From: Escherichia phage EI-SP-GF
Sequence record: OR992645.1
Length of the DNA stretch: 64,000 bases
Strand: one strand, 5' to 3'
Translations under genes and position numbers: made by a program
Shown: in pieces, positions 8,932 to 18,554 of the stretch
Layout of the letters: every line of letters starts with the position of its first letter
How positions within the stretch are numbered: position 1 is the first letter of the stretch
The notes under the pieces: generated by a model
The model's input: the letters and a program-made list of their open reading frames with translations, nothing else
Databases searched by the model: none
What the model was told of the DNA's origin: nothing

Positions 8932-10308
8932 ATGCCATATTTAGATAAAGTGGTAGATGTTACAGTTAACCTCGGAACCCAACCTATTGACACTGTAGGT
9001 TTCGAAACTCCCCTGTTCATCGCTATCCACAACAACTTTACTGAGCGAGCTCGCGTATATGCGGAGCTGGATCAGATGGTGGAAGATGGTTTCGCACAAG
9101 GCTCTGCAGCGTATGAGTTTGCAGCAAAAGCTTTTGGTGGTGTATTCCCTCCACAATATGTTATGATCGGCAGACAGGCCAAAGAAAAAACCACTGTAGA
9201 TTTTAAAGGTATTGCTGCCGCAGCTGATACTGATGTCGTAATGACTATTGCAAAAGGTGGCTACAATACCTCTCTGATAGTGCCTATCTCTGGTGGAACA
9301 GGTGCAACTCAGATTGCAGAGTCAATGAAGACTAAAATCGAAGCAGATGATAATTTGGACGGTATCACTGTAGAGGCTGAAGAAGGTGTTATCACCATCA
9401 CTGGTGACTGCACTGTTGGTTATCATACTGGTAACTATACAATCAAAAATATCGCCAATTCTGAAAAACCTTCTACAATAGTTGATAAGATCAATGCTGA
9501 GCGGGACAATTGGTACTTCCTGTGCCATGAAGACCACACCGACATTGAAGCATGTGCTAAGTGGGCTCAGGCCAACTACAAGCTGCACGTCTACTCTACT
9601 GCAGAAGATGTGACTGGCAAAGACAGTAACATCGCTACCAAACTGAAAGCTGCACAATATGACAGTGTTGGCATGTACGATCCTCGTGCAGATAAGGACT
9701 TCCCGGAGGGTGGTATCATAGGTGCTATGGCATCCAACGATCCGTCCTACGGTGACAGCTTGCACTTAAAACAGATGCCAGGTGTGATTGCACCATCTCT
9801 GACTTTAACTCAGCGTATGGCGATTTGGGAAAACCACGTTAACTTCTACAGAATGATTAACGGTGTTGGCGCTTTCTGGGAAGGTAAGTGTGCTTCAGGT
9901 CAGTATGCAGACGCTATTCGTTTTGCACACTGGATCAAGTTCAGATCTGAAGAATCCATGTTTGGGTACATGCATCGCCGCTCCAACATGGGTTTAAGCA
10001 TGAAGATGTCTGATGATGATCTTCCGGTTATCAAGTCTGTTCTGATGAACAACCCGATCAATACTGGCATTAAGAATGGCGCGATCCTGACAGGTTTTGA
10101 CGAAGACAACAATGTGTTCTACGACCCGATCATCACAGTTCCTAAACGTGCAGAGATCCCAACCAATCAGTTGGCTGCTCGTGTTCTGGAAGGTGTGAAA
10201 GTAGAACTGGTGTATAACAACGCCCTGCACTTCGTTCGTATCCGGATCAACGTCCTTCTGGACAAGGTTGGTTCTAAATCCACCAATGCTGTTGCAATGA
10301 CTGAATAA
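8932..10308 (+). CDS. tail sheath-like major tail protein
   Basis: 458-aa ORF followed by a 157-aa tube-sized protein, chaperones and tape measure; baseplate spike/wedge genes downstream support a contractile tail. Confidence 0.5.
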   Translation: MPYLDKVVDVTVNLGTQPIDTVGFETPLFIAIHNNFTERARVYAELDQMVEDGFAQGSAAYEFAAKAFGGVFPPQYVMIGRQAKEKTTVDFKGIAAAADTDVVMTIAKGGYNTSLIVPISGGTGATQIAESMKTKIEADDNLDGITVEAEEGVITITGDCTVGYHTGNYTIKNIANSEKPSTIVDKINAERDNWYFLCHEDHTDIEACAKWAQANYKLHVYSTAEDVTGKDSNIATKLKAAQYDSVGMYDPRADKDFPEGGIIGAMASNDPSYGDSLHLKQMPGVIAPSLTLTQRMAIWENHVNFYRMINGVGAFWEGKCASGQYADAIRFAHWIKFRSEESMFGYMHRRSNMGLSMKMSDDDLPVIKSVLMNNPINTGIKNGAILTGFDEDNNVFYDPIITVPKRAEIPTNQLAARVLEGVKVELVYNNALHFVRIRINVLLDKVGSKSTNAVAMTE

Positions 10309-10318
10309 GGAAGACTAG

Positions 10319-10792
10319 ATGGAAACTCAAATTTTAACTCCTTATGCTTATGACCCTAAAAAGGTCAAACTGTATCTGATGCAGCAGCGTGTCACTGGCT
10401 TCGCTGCTGACACCAAGATCGTTGTTTCAAGAAATGAAGACAACATCTACCCTCACGTTGGTGTGGATGGCGAAATGTCTGCGGCTCTGTCTCGTAACCA
10501 ATCTGGTGTTATGACTGTATCTTTGCAGAACACTTCTGTATGGAACGCCTACCTTTCCGACTGGCAGAAACAGGCATCAATTACTGGTCTGGTATTCTTC
10601 CCTGTTCTGCTGGAAGGTAGCCAGGGCCCTGGTATTGCCACAATCGGTTGGATCCAGAAACAGCCTGACCTGACTTATGGAACCGAAGTAGGTCAGCTGG
10701 ATTGGGATATCGGTATCCTGGATGCATGGCTCAACCGTGACAACATCACTGGTGCTCTCACTGGCCTCGCAGGTCTTGCAGGTATTATCTAA
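10319..10792 (+). CDS. tail tube protein
   Basis: 157-aa ORF between sheath-like gene and tail assembly chaperones, AAGGA RBS. Confidence 0.55.
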   Translation: METQILTPYAYDPKKVKLYLMQQRVTGFAADTKIVVSRNEDNIYPHVGVDGEMSAALSRNQSGVMTVSLQNTSVWNAYLSDWQKQASITGLVFFPVLLEGSQGPGIATIGWIQKQPDLTYGTEVGQLDWDIGILDAWLNRDNITGALTGLAGLAGII

Positions 10793-10810
10793 GAGCACAC
10801 TTCAGCATAA

Positions 10811-10841
10811 GCCTCACCTTCTGGTGGGGCTTTTTGCTTTT
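10811..10841 (+). terminator. rho-independent terminator after tube gene
   Basis: gcctcacc-ttct-ggtggggc stem-loop followed by tttttgctttt. Confidence 0.65.
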
Positions 10842-10882
10842 ATGGTTCTGACACACGTTCTTGAATTGCTTGAAAGGTTAAA

Positions 10883-10911
10883 TTGACAATGCACCATAAT
10901 CATGGTAAAAT
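10883..10911 (+). promoter_or_regulatory. sigma70-like promoter TTGACA-N17-TAAAAT with TGn
   Basis: ttgaca 10883-10888, spacer 17 nt ending tgg, taaaat 10906-10911. Confidence 0.5.
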
Positions 10912-10954
10912 ACACAAATATGGTGCACAACATGACTAATAAGGATGCTATAAA

Positions 10955-11428
10955 ATGGCTATAAACTTTAGACCTACAACAGAGATTGACTTAGCAGGGC
11001 ACAACTTCGTGATCACCCACTGGGGGCCGATGAAGGCAATGAAAAATATGCCTAAGATTGGCAAGATTGTGGCTGTCCCGTTAGGTGCTATCGGTGGATC
11101 TATTATCTCAGGTGGTCAGAATATGGCTGAGGTTCTTCCTACTGCTCTGGCCTACCTGTTCCAGGAGCTTGATGACAACTCTATTGAAGAGTTGTTTAAA
11201 ATCTTGTTCGAAGATATTACTGTAGACGGTGTGGATAGGCTTAATCCAGATGTTGTGTTTGCAGGGCATCTGCTGGAGATGATTAAACTGGCAGGTAAGG
11301 TTCTGGAGGTTAACTACGGCTGTTTTTTCACACAAGACGGTTTAGGAAGCCTTCTGGAGATGTTACAGCAGATGGGTATGATTCAGCAGGTGAACAATCT
11401 GGATCAGACTCCGGAAGAGCAGGAATAA
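10955..11428 (+). CDS. tail assembly chaperone (short form)
   Basis: 157-aa acidic ORF between tube and tape measure genes. Confidence 0.6.
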   Translation: MAINFRPTTEIDLAGHNFVITHWGPMKAMKNMPKIGKIVAVPLGAIGGSIISGGQNMAEVLPTALAYLFQELDDNSIEELFKILFEDITVDGVDRLNPDVVFAGHLLEMIKLAGKVLEVNYGCFFTQDGLGSLLEMLQQMGMIQQVNNLDQTPEEQE

Positions 11429-11688
11429 GCAAAGTTGTTGTGAGAGCCAGTGAGTGGGCAGCTAAGAACAGCTCACTTAACTGGTTCGACTTTCTTTGGT
11501 GTAGGGTGCTCAAGAACTTTAAAGGGGAAAATTTTGAATCGCTTAATCTTGCAGATATGGCGTATTTCCTCAAGCTGTGTGAGTATCTTGATATCGAAGA
11601 ATTCCTAGATACCGTCCAAAACAGGGAAATGGAGCGGGAGCAGAAGGCTGCCGCAGCTGCTGCGAAAGCTAAGCGCAGGAGAGGATAA
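10955..11688 (+). CDS. tail assembly chaperone, predicted -1 frameshift fusion product
   Basis: overlapping -1 frame ORF (track ORF 11440-11688 extends upstream to 11287) ends with a Lys/Arg/Ala-rich tail; classic G/GT-like arrangement upstream of tape measure. Confidence 0.4.
11323..11329 (+). other. candidate -1 programmed ribosomal frameshift slippery heptamer T_TTT_TTC
   Basis: 0-frame codons tgT TTT TTC in the chaperone ORF; the -1 frame is open from 11287 to 11688. Confidence 0.45.
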
Positions 11689-11693
11689 TCTAA

Positions 11694-11730
11694 GGGCCGG
11701 ATTCCTTTTCTGGGATCTGGCCCTTTTTAT
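11694..11730 (+). terminator. imperfect hairpin plus T-tract
   Basis: gggccggattcc ... gggatctggccc followed by tttttatt. Confidence 0.4.
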
Positions 11731-11742
11731 TATGAGGAAAAC

Positions 11743-14082
11743 ATGGCTACAAATAAGATAGTTGCCACAACAGTCAACAAGATTGGCTTTGAGATAGAGA
11801 ACTCCTCCTACAAAAAAGCTGTAGAGAAAATTCGCAGTATCGGGAAGGAGTTCAGGAAACTGGGCGAGGATTTTAACTCAGCCAACCCTATGAGCAGATG
11901 GCAGGCAGTGGCTGTTAAAACTCAGCAGACAATGCAACGTGTTGCCAGACAGCAATCCCAAGCAAATGCTAAACTGCACAGGGAGAGCGTTGCTCAGGCC
12001 AAGAAAGAGGCTGCAGTAAAGGCTGCAATAGAGCGCAGGGAGAATGCAAGACGTAAGCAAGCTGTAGGCAATATTACCGCCAAAAACCCAGAGATGGCTA
12101 GGATGCGTAAGTTCTACCAGCAGCAAGCTAAAGAGGCCAAAAAAGCTGCCAAATCTGCACCAGTATCCTATGGTGGTTATAAGGCACCTAAGGCAAGAGT
12201 TCTTGCTAACGCCAAGTCTTTCAGATATATCCCAGGCAACCCTAACATGGGTGGGGTGGCTTCAGATCCTAATCTTGTGAAAGCCCAGACTGCTGCCATG
12301 AACCGTTATCACAGACAGTTAAGAAGGGACAGCAAAGCTGGGATGGATAATAGGCTTATGGCAGATCGTGAGGCAAGGAGAACCCACCTCTACAACTCTG
12401 CGATAAGACTTTCTGCCAAATATGGTGCCGGATTCCGTGGTAGTCTGTCTGGATATTCGGAGTTGGAGTCCAGATTTGCTCGCGGGGAAATGAGTAAGTC
12501 AACCTTTAACGCCCACCTGTCTGCGTTGCAGTCTGGGTTTAAAAGTGCCACCAGCCAAACTCTGACCCTCGGTGATGCTATGAGGGATTTGCGTAGATCT
12601 GTAATCAACGCTACAGCTGCGTATACCGCTTTTTCTGGATTTGCTGCAGTTAACAGATCCGGTCATATGATGGAGGGGGCAAGTGCTGCTCTTACTGCTG
12701 TTACTGGAGATCCAAACAAAGCCAACAGTGAAGTTGCGTTTGTCCAGCAGGAGGCTATGCGTCTTGGTTTTGACCTCAAGTCTGGTCTTCAGGGTTATTC
12801 TCAGATGGCGGTGAACGCCAAAAATCAGATGACAAACCAAGAGGTGCATGAGCTATTCTCTGCATACTCGCAGTATGCTGCTGCTTACGGTGCCGATGAG
12901 GTAAAATACCAGCGCGGTATTATGGCAATCCAGCAAATGCTCGGTAAAGGGCAAGTAATGTCCGAAGAACTGAAGCAACAACTTGCTGAAGCATTACCTG
13001 GTGCATACGAACCTTTTATCAAAGCTACCCAAGAGGCTTTTGGTCTTGCTGAGCTCTCCATGGATCAGTTCATGGATATGATGAAAAAAGGTGAAGTTAA
13101 AACAGCCAAGATCATGAAGTATGTGGCTAAGTACATGAATGAGGCATCTGCAGCTGGTTATGAAAGAATGCAGAAGTCTAACGTACTGGCAGAAAACAGA
13201 CTGAAAACCTTTATTGAACTGTCCCGTCAGAAACTGTTCACACGTTGGGCAGATGAGCTGACAGAGTTCTACTACACCTTAATCCGCACAGGTGAGACCC
13301 TGCAATTTGTGTGGGATGCCGCTGGTGATTTTGTTAGCGGGTTTGTGAGAGGTTTGAACTGGGTTGTTGGTGAACTAAACAACACTATAGTTAAGATCCG
13401 TTTGTTTTTCCTTGAATGGGGAATTAAATGGGGTATCATAACTGCTAAGACGAAGGAATATTCCGAAGAGATACATGACACCTTTAGCATGGCTAAATGG
13501 GCAGGGTATGCTGCTGCAATCATGCTGGTAGTGAACGCCCTTACCAAAGGGTTTGTTATGGCATCCATGCTTGTAAAAACATTTAAGTTCCTCAGCAACC
13601 TGAGAGGTGCAGCTGGAGCTGCAGGTGCTGGTGCAGTAACCGCAGACGGCTCTGGAGGAGGAGCAGCCGGAAAAGGTGGTGGAGGCATTAAGACGCCTGG
13701 CGGTAAAGTTGGCATTCTTGGCAAACTAGGTATCATTGGCACAATACTGAGTGCCGGAGAACTATTTAATGACCGTTTCAACCCGCTGAGTGAAAGAAAT
13801 CAACAGCTGGATACCATCAGCGATATGATTCGTAAAGACATCATATCTGGAGGTAACGGGTTTGTTGATCCTCTAAGCACCTTGCCGGGAGGTACTCTTC
13901 CGTTACCAGGTGGTCCTGGTTTTGCTTCTCAATTAAGAACCATGGAAATGCTACCTTTAGAGATCAGTGATGGTAAAATCACGATTTCAATAGATGAGGG
14001 TGAGTTTAGCAAAATATTTGATGCAAAACTTGAGTGGGAGAACAGTAAAGATATCAACTTTATGTCCACAGACCTTTGGTAA
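11743..14082 (+). CDS. tail tape measure protein
   Basis: 779 aa, long alpha-helical N-terminal half, Gly-rich segment GAAGAAGAGAVTADGSGGGAAGKGGGG, position after chaperone pair. Confidence 0.8.
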   Translation: MATNKIVATTVNKIGFEIENSSYKKAVEKIRSIGKEFRKLGEDFNSANPMSRWQAVAVKTQQTMQRVARQQSQANAKLHRESVAQAKKEAAVKAAIERRENARRKQAVGNITAKNPEMARMRKFYQQQAKEAKKAAKSAPVSYGGYKAPKARVLANAKSFRYIPGNPNMGGVASDPNLVKAQTAAMNRYHRQLRRDSKAGMDNRLMADREARRTHLYNSAIRLSAKYGAGFRGSLSGYSELESRFARGEMSKSTFNAHLSALQSGFKSATSQTLTLGDAMRDLRRSVINATAAYTAFSGFAAVNRSGHMMEGASAALTAVTGDPNKANSEVAFVQQEAMRLGFDLKSGLQGYSQMAVNAKNQMTNQEVHELFSAYSQYAAAYGADEVKYQRGIMAIQQMLGKGQVMSEELKQQLAEALPGAYEPFIKATQEAFGLAELSMDQFMDMMKKGEVKTAKIMKYVAKYMNEASAAGYERMQKSNVLAENRLKTFIELSRQKLFTRWADELTEFYYTLIRTGETLQFVWDAAGDFVSGFVRGLNWVVGELNNTIVKIRLFFLEWGIKWGIITAKTKEYSEEIHDTFSMAKWAGYAAAIMLVVNALTKGFVMASMLVKTFKFLSNLRGAAGAAGAGAVTADGSGGGAAGKGGGGIKTPGGKVGILGKLGIIGTILSAGELFNDRFNPLSERNQQLDTISDMIRKDIISGGNGFVDPLSTLPGGTLPLPGGPGFASQLRTMEMLPLEISDGKITISIDEGEFSKIFDAKLEWENSKDINFMSTDLW

Positions 14083-14091
14083 TTAAACTAT

Positions 14092-14120
14092 GTGGGGGCT
14101 TCTGGCCCCCTTTATTTTAT
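14092..14120 (+). terminator. rho-independent terminator after tape measure gene
   Basis: gggggc-ttctg-gccccc followed by tttatttta. Confidence 0.65.
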
Positions 14121-14125
14121 CAGTG

Positions 14126-14154
14126 TTGTAAAAACGGCTATTTTATGATACAAT
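14126..14154 (+). promoter_or_regulatory. sigma70-like promoter TTGTAA-N17-TACAAT with TGn
   Basis: ttgtaa 14126-14131, 17-nt spacer ending tga, tacaat 14149-14154. Confidence 0.4.
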
Positions 14155-14187
14155 ATCTAAATGGTATCGGAGTGTCCTGGAGAGGTT

Positions 14188-15072
14188 ATGCCAAGTAATA
14201 TAGTTGATGAAAAAGACCTGTACAAGCCTCAAGAGGTTAAATCTCCAAAGGCTGAAAAGGCAGAGCAGCAAACTGAAAGTGATGTAAAGTATACTATGTT
14301 TGTCAGCGGTCTTAACTACGGCGGTCGCAATATAGAGATGAAGGGTAAAAACTTCACTAACGACCTTGCCATTATCTTCGATCAGGTTGAGAATTATTCT
14401 TTTAAACAAACGGTCGATAAGTCAGATTTTGCAGTAGAAGATAAGTCTACCCTGTCAGACCATGCGGTGGTTAAGGATGGGGTATTTTCTTTCACTGGTC
14501 GGGTAAATACATCTCCTCATATAATTTATGAGCAAAACTACATTGATAGAAATACTGACTCCAAAAACCCTGCAGCGTCTATGCGACCTGGTGCGGCATT
14601 AGAAGCTTTGACAGAGATCATTAATAAGCGACAGTTGGTTTCTTTAGTTACCGAGGAGAGACTCCTTGAAAACTACATTATAACCAGTCTTTCTGCCAAC
14701 AAGTCTGTTGGTGAAGGTGCTGCAATGGTGTTTGATGTGGAACTTACAGAATTCCGCACATTCTACTTGAACAAGGTTGTTAATGCAACTGTATACAGCA
14801 ATCCTAAGAAGGTCGGTAAGACTCAACAAAAAGGTGCTGTCAACGATTGCAAGAATGGTAGTAACGTAGGTAACAAGAGAGACACAGGGGCATTTGCAGA
14901 CACCGCGTCCACAAATGCTGCAGAAGAGTGGCAGCCATACAAATCCATGATGTGGACAGATGAAAACGGTGTTACCCAATCAGCTGCAGATTGGTACTAT
15001 CAGGAATATGGAAGACCTTCCACCATAGTCCCATCTGAGCAGGGGAACTACAACAAAGTTAACGGAAAATAA
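14188..15072 (+). CDS. tail/baseplate assembly protein (post-tape-measure), function unknown
   Basis: ORF frame opens at 14161 but promoter -10 sits 6 nt upstream of that ATG; ATG 14188 has GGAG RBS. Confidence 0.45.
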   Translation: MPSNIVDEKDLYKPQEVKSPKAEKAEQQTESDVKYTMFVSGLNYGGRNIEMKGKNFTNDLAIIFDQVENYSFKQTVDKSDFAVEDKSTLSDHAVVKDGVFSFTGRVNTSPHIIYEQNYIDRNTDSKNPAASMRPGAALEALTEIINKRQLVSLVTEERLLENYIITSLSANKSVGEGAAMVFDVELTEFRTFYLNKVVNATVYSNPKKVGKTQQKGAVNDCKNGSNVGNKRDTGAFADTASTNAAEEWQPYKSMMWTDENGVTQSAADWYYQEYGRPSTIVPSEQGNYNKVNGK

Positions 15073-15084
15073 GGGGAGCGTGTA

Positions 15085-15465
15085 ATGGAGCTTAAAGATT
15101 GGTGCATAATCACCTTTGTGTGGGACATTGACGGCTTTCCTGATCAGACCATGCGTGTGGTTTTAGATAATGAAACCTATGAAATGCGTATGCAATGGAA
15201 CGAGAGGGATGAGTCCTGGTGGTTATCTCTTGGTCCAGTAGGCGACAGTCCTTTAGTAACCAGAAAAGTAACAGCTTGTCAAGACATTTTAGACGGACTG
15301 CATTACAGAGACGATTTACCGAAGGGTAGGCTGATGGCCCTGTCGTTTAAAGACGATCAATATTGGGGCAGGGTTGGAAGATACAACCTTGGGGCCAGAT
15401 CTGAGCTACAACTTGTATACGGCACCCCAGTTGATCTTTACAAGGAACAGCAAGGGTTAGCATAA
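15085..15465 (+). CDS. small tail/baseplate protein
   Basis: 126-aa ORF with RBS, in baseplate gene run. Confidence 0.45.
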   Translation: MELKDWCIITFVWDIDGFPDQTMRVVLDNETYEMRMQWNERDESWWLSLGPVGDSPLVTRKVTACQDILDGLHYRDDLPKGRLMALSFKDDQYWGRVGRYNLGARSELQLVYGTPVDLYKEQQGLA

Positions 15466-16469
15466 TGGCAGAGTATAGACGTAGAACATGGCGATTATTG
15501 TTTGGTCGCCCTGTAGAACATGGCGGAAAATCAAAAACCAATATCCCAAAATCTGTTGAAAAGAAAGGAGAAAGTGATTCTGGCGTTTATGAGATTAGCT
15601 CAGACACAGGTGCTGCCAATATAGAGTTCGACATACAAAAGGATAACACCAAAGAGCCAAACAAAGGCTATGTGATAGTTTACAACCTGTCTGACGATAC
15701 GGTTAACTATCTGGACATGCACCAGGCTGATGCTCTTGCGGTGATGTTTGAGGCTGGCTATGATAATGAGAACCAGTTGATATTCTCCGGAACTGTAGAG
15801 TTTGTTGAAGACAGGTGGGAAGGTCCGACTAGGAAAACTAAGTTCATCTTTGGAGATGGCACTGAGAACATCATTAAGTGCCAAAGCACCAGATCTTATC
15901 AGAAAGGTACACCTCTGGACTCTGTGCTTAATGACCTCCTGAAGGATATGAACTTACCAAAAGGTAGGGTTGTTGGTTTTGGAAACCAAACTTTGCAATA
16001 CTCCATGGCTTTCTCGGGGAATACTGCAGAGAACCTCCGCAGATTTGCAAGACTGACCAACTCAACATTTAGCGTTCAGGATGGGGCTTTATATTGGACC
16101 AAGGTTGGAAAAAGGTTCAAGGACTCTGTGTTTGAAATTAGTGCAGAGTCTGGGATGCACGGATCGCCCACCCCTAAAAACCCAGAGCCTGCGAGAAAAC
16201 GGAAAGCTAAAGCTGCTGCAAAAGGCGGTTCAACATCTAAAAAGAAAAAGAAAAACCCGAAAGAGGACGTTGGTCTTACCGTGACCACATGCCTTAACGG
16301 GGCTATCCTCCCAGAGTCAACCATCTATCTTAAGAGCAGACAATATACAGGCTTCTACAAGGTGATCACAGTGCACCACAAAGGCACCATCGAAGGAGGT
16401 GATTACATTACAGAGCTTGGACTTGGGGAAGCTGTTGGTGGGATTGTTGACAAAACTGAGGAGGTATAA
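15465..16469 (+). CDS. baseplate hub-like protein (P2 gpD / XkdQ-like, tentative)
   Basis: 334 aa, start overlaps upstream stop, immediately upstream of gpV-like spike; internal Lys-rich segment. Confidence 0.4.
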   Translation: MAEYRRRTWRLLFGRPVEHGGKSKTNIPKSVEKKGESDSGVYEISSDTGAANIEFDIQKDNTKEPNKGYVIVYNLSDDTVNYLDMHQADALAVMFEAGYDNENQLIFSGTVEFVEDRWEGPTRKTKFIFGDGTENIIKCQSTRSYQKGTPLDSVLNDLLKDMNLPKGRVVGFGNQTLQYSMAFSGNTAENLRRFARLTNSTFSVQDGALYWTKVGKRFKDSVFEISAESGMHGSPTPKNPEPARKRKAKAAAKGGSTSKKKKKNPKEDVGLTVTTCLNGAILPESTIYLKSRQYTGFYKVITVHHKGTIEGGDYITELGLGEAVGGIVDKTEEV

Positions 16470-17146
16470 TGGCAATAAACAGGAAAGATGCTGCTGTAAG
16501 ATCCTTTATAGAAAAAATAATGAGGGACTACCACACCAGTATTAGAGCCAGAGTTGTCAGTGTAGATTACAGTATCCCCTCTGCAGCCGTGCAGCCAATA
16601 GCCGAAACCATGTTTGACGATGGGGATGTAGAAAGGTACCCTCTTATCTATGATGTTCCAATCCAGGTGATGTCTGCAAACGGTGGGAAGGCAAGGTTAA
16701 CGCTTCCTATTAAAGCTGGTGATGTTGTAGGGCTGCAATTTTCAGAGAGAAATGAAAACAATAACGATGACCAGCAAACCCACGGCCTGTTTCCAGGATG
16801 GGCTATCACCTCTGTTCATTCAGACTCGAATGCTTTGCAGATCGATCCTGATAATGTAGAGTTATGGAATGATAGGGTTTATTTTAAGCTAACACCTTCT
16901 GGTGATTTTGAGCTTCAAACACCTGGTGGGACATTACGGTGCGACAGTAGCGGGGAGTTTTCTTTCACCAACGGGGCTGCCAATTTACGAGCTGCTGTGG
17001 ATGGAAATATCAGAATGAATGGTGCCACAATAGACCCATCAGGTAGAATTATAACGGCTGCTGGTGTGGATTTGGACTCATTCTATGCAGAATATAAAGG
17101 TCATACCCACTCTTGCCCTGATGGCGAGACAAGTGGACCGCACTAA
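16469..17146 (+). CDS. baseplate central spike protein (P2 gpV-like)
   Basis: 225 aa ending ...YKGHTHSCPDGETSGPH, resembling the His-containing apex motif (HTH..PGD.GGTTG.P) of gpV-type spikes. Confidence 0.65.
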   Translation: MAINRKDAAVRSFIEKIMRDYHTSIRARVVSVDYSIPSAAVQPIAETMFDDGDVERYPLIYDVPIQVMSANGGKARLTLPIKAGDVVGLQFSERNENNNDDQQTHGLFPGWAITSVHSDSNALQIDPDNVELWNDRVYFKLTPSGDFELQTPGGTLRCDSSGEFSFTNGAANLRAAVDGNIRMNGATIDPSGRIITAAGVDLDSFYAEYKGHTHSCPDGETSGPH

Positions 17147-17158
17147 TAGAGGGCTTGA

Positions 17159-17875
17159 ATGGCTACGCTTTATAGTGATATATTGATGGACCCACAGACA
17201 GGTGATTTGGCGATAGACAAAGGTCTTGAGTTGATAGATTCAAACCAAGTAAGTCTGCGCCAGCGCCTGTGGATGAGGTTTAATACATGGAAGGGGAGCT
17301 GGTACTTTGATGAGTTGTTTGGCTTCCCTTATATGGACTTTCTCAGTAAGAAGGTCATGAAGACTGTTCTTGATAACAAGATTATGGAAGTGGCAAGACA
17401 AGAGCCAGATGTGCTAAACATCATAAACTTCCAGTCTACTATGGATCGAAGATCGAGAACATACCAAGCGTTCTTTGAGGTTGTTACCAAGGAGAACGAG
17501 ATTGTAAGGCTGGCTTTCGTAGGTCTTGATCAGTTTACCTACCCACAGCCTGATGACGGGGCAACCTCTCTTTGTGATGATGAAGGTTGGATTAAGTGGG
17601 CTAATAAACTGTACTACCTGATCAACTTCAGATTGCCTAGAACTGGAGATGCTACGTGGTGGAACCAGTATGCTGGTCCTGAGATGGAAAACCCGATTCC
17701 TGTAGGTTCTCTGTTGACTCAGAATAAAGATCTGTTGATGACTGATGCAGAACAAACCATTAACCGCAATACCTGGACGCTTGCTCCAGATGAGCGCGAA
17801 TATTCTGGTGTTATTGCTACCTCTAATGATGAGGCTATTGCCAACCAGTCTGGTCGTGCTATCGATGTTAACTAA
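17159..17875 (+). CDS. baseplate wedge protein (gpW/gp25-like N-terminal domain)
   Basis: N-terminal region GDLAIDKGLELIDSNQVSLRQRLWMRFNTWKGSWYFDELFGFPY...EPDVLNI fits gpW/gp25 pattern. Confidence 0.5.
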   Translation: MATLYSDILMDPQTGDLAIDKGLELIDSNQVSLRQRLWMRFNTWKGSWYFDELFGFPYMDFLSKKVMKTVLDNKIMEVARQEPDVLNIINFQSTMDRRSRTYQAFFEVVTKENEIVRLAFVGLDQFTYPQPDDGATSLCDDEGWIKWANKLYYLINFRLPRTGDATWWNQYAGPEMENPIPVGSLLTQNKDLLMTDAEQTINRNTWTLAPDEREYSGVIATSNDEAIANQSGRAIDVN

Positions 17876-17884
17876 GGAGAAATC

Positions 17885-18553
17885 ATGGCTGTAGCTTATC
17901 CTACAATACCAATCCCAGATCTTGAAGATGCAGAAACAGTCTTGAGTGATGACTTCTTGGTTGTCAACCAGACTGACGGGACAAGAAAGGCTAAGATTGA
18001 TGATGTTGTCAATGATCTTAGCATTACTAAAATAGTTTATTTCACAGAGGGCGGTTATCTTAAGAGCAAGAAGGATTTTGCTTATGATCCGGAAACTAAG
18101 CGCTACTACACATGGAATGGAGATTATCCTAAAATAATCCTCCCAGATTCTACTGTAGAGGGTGCCGGAGGTGTGTCTGCAAAAGCATGGTCTGTTTTTG
18201 GAGAGCTTGCTGCAACTTCTTCAGGTAGGATAGTTGATTACGGCTCTATTGGTGGTCAACTTGACATGGATCTTGACGTTGCAGACACGTTTAAAGTTCG
18301 GCTCACTTCAAACACTACAATCTCTTTTGAAAATCAAACAGAAGGGCTCGACGGAGTGGCAAGAACTATAACTGTATGCATAACGCAGACCTCGGGTGGT
18401 AACAAAGTTTATTGGCCTGACAATGTTAAATGGGCCTACGGGAGAGATCCTATCCTAACATTTACAGCTGGTGCAACAGACATTTTCAAGTTGGAAACAT
18501 ATGATAATGGACTAACTTGGTACGGGGCACTGATCATCGCAGGAGCTATCTAA
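17885..18553 (+). CDS. tail fibre/tailspike N-terminal anchor-domain protein
   Basis: 222 aa; N-terminus (DDFLVVNQTDGTRKAKIDDVV...FTEGGYL...DFAYDPE) is paralogous to the N-terminus of the 1268-aa fibre at 21188. Confidence 0.55.
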   Translation: MAVAYPTIPIPDLEDAETVLSDDFLVVNQTDGTRKAKIDDVVNDLSITKIVYFTEGGYLKSKKDFAYDPETKRYYTWNGDYPKIILPDSTVEGAGGVSAKAWSVFGELAATSSGRIVDYGSIGGQLDMDLDVADTFKVRLTSNTTISFENQTEGLDGVARTITVCITQTSGGNKVYWPDNVKWAYGRDPILTFTAGATDIFKLETYDNGLTWYGALIIAGAI

Positions 18554-18554
18554 G

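Noticed and set aside
8932-10308. Alternative reading of the 458-aa protein as a T5 pb6-like tail tube protein of a non-contractile tail
   Set aside because: A separate 157-aa tube-sized protein follows and gpV/gpW/J/I-like baseplate genes are present, so sheath is the more economical call; left at moderate confidence because the lambda-J-like tip module points the other way.
13272-13781. 169-aa minus-strand ORF inside the tape measure gene (Pro/Ala-rich)
   Set aside because: Lies entirely within a well-supported long plus-strand gene; its composition mirrors the Gly/Ala-rich coding strand, typical of a shadow ORF.
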